Positions 47,711 through 53,201 of a stretch of 53,201 nucleotides of DNA are shown here, piece by piece. The notes beneath the pieces were generated by a model. It was given only the letters and a program-made list of their open reading frames with translations, did no database searches and was not told the origin of the DNA. Source of the DNA: Flavobacteriales bacterium (GTDB lineage: Bacteria; Bacteroidota; Bacteroidia; Flavobacteriales_D; Crocinitomicaceae); NCBI GenBank assembly GCA_003331365.1, contig QOQC01000001.1:1-53201 (forward strand), given 5' to 3'. The first letter of the stretch is position 1, and each line of letters begins with the position of its first letter. Both the position numbers and the translations under genes were made by a program.

Positions 47711-48947
47711 GGCTTTTTGTTGAGGTTCCACTAACTAAGTGTAATTCAAAGTGCAGTATCCCAAGTGAGTTCTCTTCGCTTAAAATTGTTCCAATTTTTT
47801 GCTTTGTGGACACCTTGTCTCCTTTTGATACTATGGTTTCCTTTAAATTACTGTATACGGTTCGATAATTCCCGTGCTTTAGGATTACCACTTTTCCGGA
47901 ACCGGGTATCATAAATACACTCGTTACTTCTCCTTCAAATATTGCTCTAACTTGAGAATTTGATGGACATGAAATATCAATTCCATTGTTATTGGTATAC
48001 ACACCATTTAAAGTTGGGTGCTGATTTCTTCCGAATGTTTCAGTAATAGAACCTTTAGTAACGGGCCAAGGCAATGCTCCTCTATTATTTTGGAATTTCT
48101 TGCTACTGATTTTTCCCTCAGAAGATTGATCTGTAAAACTTTGGGATGGAGTCGATACATCTTCGCCATTTTTTCTTGCTGCTTCTCTTCTGCGTCGTTC
48201 TGCTTCTTTACGCTTTCTTTCAATTTCTTCAAGTTCCCGTTTTATAACCTCATCAATCTTCTTTTTTATGGCCTGCTTTTTAATTTCATTTTTTCTAATT
48301 TCAGCCATTAAAACACTCTCTTCCTTTTGTATTTTTTCTAATACCTCCATTTTTTTACCCCTATCCATTTCAATCTCTTCTCGTTCGCGCCTTTTTTCAA
48401 TTAAAGTCTCCTCTTTTTTCTTTTTTTCTATTTCGATAGCTTGAATTTCATCTTTAATTTTTATTTGATCTTGAACGATCAGAGCCGCTTGCTTTTTATG
48501 AAGTGCGGAAACGCTTTTTATATATTTATTTCTTTTTTGTGCTTCATAATAACTGTCTGCAGAAAGAATAAACATCATTTGTCCATTTTTATTTCTGTTT
48601 TTATATGCATACAAAACCATCTCCTTATATTGAGCTTTAAGCTTTTCCATTCTCTTGGTTAATGCCTGAATCTTTTCTTGTTTTTCCGAAATGTACACAT
48701 CTGCCATCTTCACCTGATTATCATAAACCTTGAGTAGCGCTTCTCGACTATTTATTTGATTTTCAATCAGCTTTAGCTCATTTAGAGAAGCCTCTCTATT
48801 TGATGTTACTTTTTTTAATAGACTTTTAGTGTTCGTGATTTTTTTCTCAAGCTTCTTTTGTTCTCTTTTGAGCTTGTCGCTTTTAGATTGAGGTGTTACT
48901 GCAAAAGACAGTCCAACAAATAAAATTAAACTAATTACACGGATCAT
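47682..48947 (-). CDS. EnvC-like coiled-coil protein with a partly degenerate LytM (peptidase M23) domain
   Basis: 421 aa with a signal peptide and a long K/E/R coiled coil. The C-terminal LytM fold reads NNGIDIS (H->N), YSNL (H->N/S) and ILHFE (first H->I). Confidence 0.8.
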   Translation of the reverse strand: MIRVISLILFVGLSFAVTPQSKSDKLKREQKKLEKKITNTKSLLKKVTSNREASLNELKLIENQINSREALLKVYDNQVKMADVYISEKQEKIQALTKRMEKLKAQYKEMVLYAYKNRNKNGQMMFILSADSYYEAQKRNKYIKSVSALHKKQAALIVQDQIKIKDEIQAIEIEKKKKEETLIEKRREREEIEMDRGKKMEVLEKIQKEESVLMAEIRKNEIKKQAIKKKIDEVIKRELEEIERKRKEAERRRREAARKNGEDVSTPSQSFTDQSSEGKISSKKFQNNRGALPWPVTKGSITETFGRNQHPTLNGVYTNNNGIDISCPSNSQVRAIFEGEVTSVFMIPGSGKVVILKHGNYRTVYSNLKETIVSKGDKVSTKQKIGTILSEENSLGILHFELHLVSGTSTKSLNPALWIDR

Positions 48948-49749
48948 AACTTTCAGGGATAATTAAGGACAATTTTCTTGGTGCGTTAATTTTCAACTTA
49001 TTAAATAACAGTTTTATTTCAGCTGAGGTTTTTGGCCCTGTTAAAGAAACCATCATTTCTTTTGGGTATAAACACCCTTCTTTTTCTTGCCAACCATTGT
49101 ATTTTATGTCAATTTTCAATGAATCTGCTGGGCTGTAAATTTCTGTTGAAGAAAGACAATTTCCCTTAGTATTTAATTTATATGTATAAATAAGATTTGA
49201 CTTGTTGCGCTTTTCGCTTTTTTTCTGCCCACGTTTTTTGTGAGATGAAAGAATATACTCATATGGGCTACTCAAGACGTGGTACTTCTCTCCTTCAATA
49301 TAACCCATTGGTAAACCAAATAATAGTTCTTGAATGTTGTCAAATGACAATTGAATTCCCCATAAATCAGAGTAATCGGAAATGAATTTATTTGTGTAAC
49401 ATTTGTCTTTTTTATTTACAATTGTGATCTTCTGAGTATCTAAATAAGCTGTAAAAACAGGAATTGCTGCATAGGACAAAATGGTACTAAGCGCTGAGTC
49501 CTTGACAATATTCACTGAAGACTTAAAAGAAACCTTGCGATCTACATCCGAATACGTCACTTTAATTTTGGAATAAAAATAATTAGGTCGCATGTTGTGC
49601 AAGCTATCCATTTTTTGAATAAACATTTTCTCTTTAAGCTTTGGTAGTTTTTGTGGTTTCTCTCCCGTTTCAATCCACTGTCGAGAGCAAGAGGTCATTG
49701 CCATTAAAAGTATGAGGCCCAATATTACTTTATTCAAAAAATGCTTCAT
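48931..49749 (-). CDS. DUF4292-family (LolB-like) lipoprotein
   Basis: 272 aa. Lipobox MTSC. It sits between the TPR and M23 genes, as in other Flavobacteriia by my recollection. It overlaps both neighbours. Confidence 0.55.
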   Translation of the reverse strand: MKHFLNKVILGLILLMAMTSCSRQWIETGEKPQKLPKLKEKMFIQKMDSLHNMRPNYFYSKIKVTYSDVDRKVSFKSSVNIVKDSALSTILSYAAIPVFTAYLDTQKITIVNKKDKCYTNKFISDYSDLWGIQLSFDNIQELLFGLPMGYIEGEKYHVLSSPYEYILSSHKKRGQKKSEKRNKSNLIYTYKLNTKGNCLSSTEIYSPADSLKIDIKYNGWQEKEGCLYPKEMMVSLTGPKTSAEIKLLFNKLKINAPRKLSLIIPESYDPCN

Positions 49750-51409
49750 TCTTTATTTTTTTATCTAAGAGATCCCTTTCTGCGCCAAGTTTTTGAGCTG
49801 TTTTCCAGTAAAACATGGCTTTGGTTATGTTGTTTTGTTTTGCATACACATCGCCAAGTCTTTCATTTACAATAGGGGAGGATTGGTCCTTTTCTAATAA
49901 TCCAATAAATATAATTTCAGACTCAACATATTCCTCCTTTTTGAAATTAAGATCTCCTTTAAGGAGCTCTAAATCAAAGTTTGTTCCATTTTTTGAAATT
50001 AACTCTTGAATCATGCTTAGCCCTAAATCTAGATATACATTATTTTCATATAAGCGAAGACAAAAATTAAACTTGAGATAGTCATTCTCCTTTGCGGTTT
50101 CAATCGCTTTTATATATTCTTTTTTTGCTTCAGAAAACAGACCAAGACCGAAATAGGATTCTGCAATTTGTCCCTGCAAATCAGATCTCAATATAGAATC
50201 ATCCACCAATGTAAAAAGACCTTCTTTAGCATACCTTTGAGCTAATGAGAATTGACCGTTTTGATTTAAAGCTACACTCAACATATAATAAGGAAGAGAC
50301 TTAAGTGGGAATGTTTTTACAACAGTTTGACCCTTTTCGATAAGCCTTCCCCAATTTTTAGAATCGTAAAGAAGATACAAGAGTCTTTCCCAATTTGAGT
50401 AACTCCCCGGGTTAATTTCTGTTGCTAATTCAAAACAATTCACTGCGTCCTCTAAGGCCTTATCTTGAATATAAATATCACCCAGAAATTGTAAAATTGT
50501 GTCATTGTCATTGTAGCTTTTCTTAACCAGTTTGAGTATTGAATTCAAATTACTGTCATTCTTGTGTTCTTTTAAAAAACCTAATGCTTCCCTCAGTTCA
50601 TCCGTTTTAATGTTTTCTGATAAAATTGCTCGATTATAATATTCAGCTGCTTTTTTCAAATTGCTTTTTTCTACCTCAAATTGTGCTAAAAGAATGAGGC
50701 CATATCCATTTTTAGGGTCTAAATCAACCAAAGCATTCAAGTATTCCATTCCTTGACCTATTTTCCCTAAATTCAAATAAAAATCCACAAGAGTCGCAAT
50801 GATATATTGATTATTTGGTTCTTTTTTTAAAACCTCTAAGAGCTCGTTTTCTGCCTCTTTCAAATTGGAAAGCCCCTTATACCATTCATGCTTTTTTATG
50901 GACGCTTCAACTCTAGTTCCAATATTTTTTTCCAACAAATCCAATATTGAAATGGCTTTTTTTAGATTCCCTAATAACTCCCAAGATAAAGCGCATTCAT
51001 AATAGTAGTTCGCATTGGTAGAGCGCTTGTTGATAATCACTTCAAAAACATTAGCGGACTTTTCATAGTCCCCTGTCTCTCTATACATGTAGCCCAATTC
51101 TATTTGATAATACAAATTTGTATTATCAAGACTTGCTGCCTGCATCGTATGATATTTAGCTTGTTCTAAATCCCCTTTTATCAGCGAGATTTGAGCTAGA
51201 GCAAAATGACTGGCATCATCATTTGGAGCTTCTTTTAAACATGTTGTAAAAAGCTGTGTCGCTTTTTCATAATTACCCAATAACTTTAAACGAATTCCCT
51301 CGTGAAAAGACTTCGTATACGTTTCACTTTTGACTTGACTTAATGACTCCTCGCTATTCTTGCATGAAAGAAAAAAAAACAAACTAACAAAGAGTAAACT
51401 AATTCGCAT
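49730..51409 (-). CDS. Tetratricopeptide-repeat lipoprotein
   Basis: 559 aa. Lipobox FLSC. Multiple TPR units (GNYEKATQLF, GDYEKSANVF, GNLKKAISIL and others). Confidence 0.75.
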   Translation of the reverse strand: MRISLLFVSLFFFLSCKNSEESLSQVKSETYTKSFHEGIRLKLLGNYEKATQLFTTCLKEAPNDDASHFALAQISLIKGDLEQAKYHTMQAASLDNTNLYYQIELGYMYRETGDYEKSANVFEVIINKRSTNANYYYECALSWELLGNLKKAISILDLLEKNIGTRVEASIKKHEWYKGLSNLKEAENELLEVLKKEPNNQYIIATLVDFYLNLGKIGQGMEYLNALVDLDPKNGYGLILLAQFEVEKSNLKKAAEYYNRAILSENIKTDELREALGFLKEHKNDSNLNSILKLVKKSYNDNDTILQFLGDIYIQDKALEDAVNCFELATEINPGSYSNWERLLYLLYDSKNWGRLIEKGQTVVKTFPLKSLPYYMLSVALNQNGQFSLAQRYAKEGLFTLVDDSILRSDLQGQIAESYFGLGLFSEAKKEYIKAIETAKENDYLKFNFCLRLYENNVYLDLGLSMIQELISKNGTNFDLELLKGDLNFKKEEYVESEIIFIGLLEKDQSSPIVNERLGDVYAKQNNITKAMFYWKTAQKLGAERDLLDKKIKNEAFFE

Positions 51410-52415
51410 CTCCTATTTGTGTATAATCGCCAACACTAAGTTCTTTGGGTGTACCCTTTATTTTAGAATGACTACCTATCATCGAGTCTTTCAGGGTCAT
51501 ATTTGAAACTTCCGTATTCTGCTGTATGATAACATTTGAAACCCTAGAGTCAATAATCACTGAGTTTGCTCCTATTGATGCATGTGGCCCAATAACTGAC
51601 CTACTTAGTTTTACTCCCTCTCCAATAAAACATGGCTCAAGAATTACAGAATCAATTATTTGTACATTTTCGTGAATTAAATTATTTCCTTTTTCTTGTT
51701 CAAAATTTAATACCGATTTATTCGTCTCTACTGTCGCATTCTTGTTTCCGCAATCTAGCCAATCAGAAACTTTTCCAGGAATAAAAGATACGCCTTTTTC
51801 CGTTAACCTTCTTAAGGCATCCGGTAGTTGGTATTCTCCTCCTTTCATTTCTTTGTGATCCAGTAAATAGTTCAATTCTTCCTTTAAATCCTCTCCTGAT
51901 TTAAAATAATATATGCCTATCATTGCCAAATCTGATACAAATTCTTTAGGTTTTTCAATAAAATCAGTAATACAACCTGATTCATTTAGCTTAACCACAC
52001 CGAAAGCACTCGGATCATCAATTTGCTTAACCCATATAATCCCTTCTTGGCTTTCTGAAATTTTAAACTCCGCTTTAAATAATGTGTCGGCAAATGCAAC
52101 AATTACTGGGCCCGTTAACTTCTCCCCAGCGCAAAGAACAGCATGGGCCGTTCCGAGTGGCTCTTCTTGGTAATAAATAGACCCTTTTGCGCCCAACTTA
52201 TTGGCCACCTGTAATAACTCTTCCTCTGCCTCTTGACCAAAATCACCAATAATGAAAGATATCTCTTCTATTTTCTCTTCGCACATATCTGCAATGTCCT
52301 CAACTAATCGATGAACGATTGGTTTTCCTGCAACATGAACAAGAGGTTTCGGAACTGTAAGCGTATGAGGTCTTAATCTACTACCCCTACCTGCCATTGG
52401 TACTATAATCTTCAT
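51399..52415 (-). CDS. Sugar-phosphate nucleotidyltransferase with a C-terminal left-handed beta-helix
   Basis: MKIIVPMAGRGSRLRP...PKPLV is the nucleotidyltransferase signature. The C-terminal hexapeptide-like repeats include IGEGVKL...IGPHASIGANSVI. Confidence 0.85.
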   Translation of the reverse strand: MKIIVPMAGRGSRLRPHTLTVPKPLVHVAGKPIVHRLVEDIADMCEEKIEEISFIIGDFGQEAEEELLQVANKLGAKGSIYYQEEPLGTAHAVLCAGEKLTGPVIVAFADTLFKAEFKISESQEGIIWVKQIDDPSAFGVVKLNESGCITDFIEKPKEFVSDLAMIGIYYFKSGEDLKEELNYLLDHKEMKGGEYQLPDALRRLTEKGVSFIPGKVSDWLDCGNKNATVETNKSVLNFEQEKGNNLIHENVQIIDSVILEPCFIGEGVKLSRSVIGPHASIGANSVIIDSRVSNVIIQQNTEVSNMTLKDSMIGSHSKIKGTPKELSVGDYTQIGDAN

Positions 52416-52421
52416 TTTATT

Positions 52422-52862
52422 TTATTTTATTCCTGTACTGCCAAAACCTTTATTCCCTCTATCAGTAGCATTTACAACAGTAACGTCCTCTAAACTCACT
52501 TTTTCAACTTTTGCAAATACCAATTGTGCAATTCGATCACCACTATGTATCACTACTTTATCATCAGAAAGGTTCATTAATATGACCCCTATTTCACCTC
52601 TATAGTCAGCGTCTATGGTTCCAGGGCTATTTAATACGGTTATTCCTTTCTTAAGCGCTAAACCACTTCTAGGTCTTACCTGACACTCTAATGTCTCGTC
52701 CATTTCAATAAAAAGACCTGTTTTAATGAGTTCTCGACCAAATGGTTCTATTTCCGCGGGCTCACCAAGATATGCGCGAACATCCATACCTGAAGATCCT
52801 TTTGTTTCATACTCTGGATTCGGGTTGTTCGAGTTATTAATTATTTTAATCGTATGATTCAT
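52422..52862 (-). CDS. dut: dUTP diphosphatase
   Basis: 146 aa. GSSGMDVRA, RSGLALKKGI, PGTIDADYRGEIGV and RGNKGFGSTG are the five dUTPase motifs. Confidence 0.96.
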   Translation of the reverse strand: MNHTIKIINNSNNPNPEYETKGSSGMDVRAYLGEPAEIEPFGRELIKTGLFIEMDETLECQVRPRSGLALKKGITVLNSPGTIDADYRGEIGVILMNLSDDKVVIHSGDRIAQLVFAKVEKVSLEDVTVVNATDRGNKGFGSTGIK

Positions 52863-52867
52863 TTATT

Positions 52868-52875
52868 CAAATTTA
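52868..52875 (-). promoter_or_regulatory. Candidate -7 promoter box (TAnnTTTG) for the dut operon
   Basis: The minus strand reads TAAATTTG, only 5 nt upstream of the dut ATG. That would imply a leaderless or very short-leader mRNA. Confidence 0.3.
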
Positions 52876-52971
52876 CACATATTGTACCGAGACCATCATT
52901 GGTAAAATGATGAGAAATCAACAAAGCAATTAACAATTTTCATTTTAGTGTAAGTTATTTGCTAAAAATCT

Positions 52972-52979
52972 TATTTTTG
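52972..52979 (+). promoter_or_regulatory. Candidate -7 promoter box (TAnnTTTG) for the cyanophycinase gene
   Basis: TATTTTTG lies 4 nt before the first ATG (52984) and 22 nt before the second ATG (53002). This favours the second ATG as the real start. Confidence 0.3.
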
Positions 52980-52983
52980 TTTT

Positions 52984-53201
52984 ATGACGCCTAAAGGAAA
53001 AATGATAATTATTGGGGGGGGGGTCGATAAGGGAAGTTTTACCGAACAGGAATTCACAGATCAAGTCGAAAATAATCTAAATTTCTTTGAAAAAGGTATA
53101 TTAAGAAGACTTCTAGATGAGTCCGCTCTGGGACCGAATTCGAGAATAGAAATTGTTCCAACTGCTTCTAAAATTCCGAAAATTGTCGGAGATGAATACG
53201 C
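52984..53201 (+). CDS. Cyanophycinase (peptidase S51), N-terminal fragment; 3' end outside window
   Basis: MIIIGGGVDKG...GILRRLLDES...RIEIVPTASKIPKIVGDEY matches the cyanophycinase N-terminus (IGG.EDK ... I.IIPTAS). The start may be 53002. Confidence 0.7.
   Translation, partial: MTPKGKMIIIGGGVDKGSFTEQEFTDQVENNLNFFEKGILRRLLDESALGPNSRIEIVPTASKIPKIVGDEY

Noticed and set aside
1-53201. I looked for CRISPR arrays, tRNA/rRNA/tmRNA/RNase P/SRP genes, transposases, integrases, phage genes, toxin-antitoxin pairs and known defence modules.
   Set aside because: No direct-repeat/spacer arrays were seen. No intergenic gap exceeds about 180 nt, and none showed cloverleaf or conserved ncRNA features. No ORF has recombinase, transposase or phage hallmarks. 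The window reads as core chromosome plus a glycan/secretome block.

Overview
AT-rich, tightly packed chromosomal segment that looks like a Bacteroidota genome, probably order Flavobacteriales. The evidence for that placement is many T9SS C-terminal sorting tails, the DUF4270/DUF4271/DUF4292 families, and TAnnTTTG -7 promoter boxes. I call 43 protein-coding genes, two of them cut by the window edges. I found no rRNA, tRNA, CRISPR array, transposase or integrase. No intergenic gap exceeds about 180 nt. Housekeeping genes dominate: glmS, panC, lysS, mutS, serS, dut, hemD-like, a sirtuin, a glutaryl-CoA-dehydrogenase-like ACAD, TrmH, and a dut-to-M23 cell-envelope operon. One block is more accessory in character (22.5-34.2 kb). 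It holds a LacI-associated alpha-glucan operon built from T9SS cargo, with no SusC/SusD in the window and a CotH kinase wedged between two GH13 enzymes. The same block also holds a diverged, apparently internally duplicated Cys/Met-type PLP enzyme and a secreted thioredoxin-fold protein. Just upstream of this block lies a TAT-lipoprotein BBE-like flavin oxidase that appears to bind FAD bicovalently. Other points of note are a single-ORF fusion of lycopene cyclase (CrtY) with a Brp/Blh beta-carotene dioxygenase, a two-component system joined directly to a Wzx/Wzz/Wzy trio with no glycosyltransferases, a partly degenerate LytM protein, and a G10 tract inside the cyanophycinase start region. I see no obvious defence island or mobile element. 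The strongest candidates for something undescribed are the PLP pseudo-dimer protein, the CotH-containing T9SS glucan operon and the CrtY-Blh fusion. All family assignments come from motif recognition by eye, not from searches.
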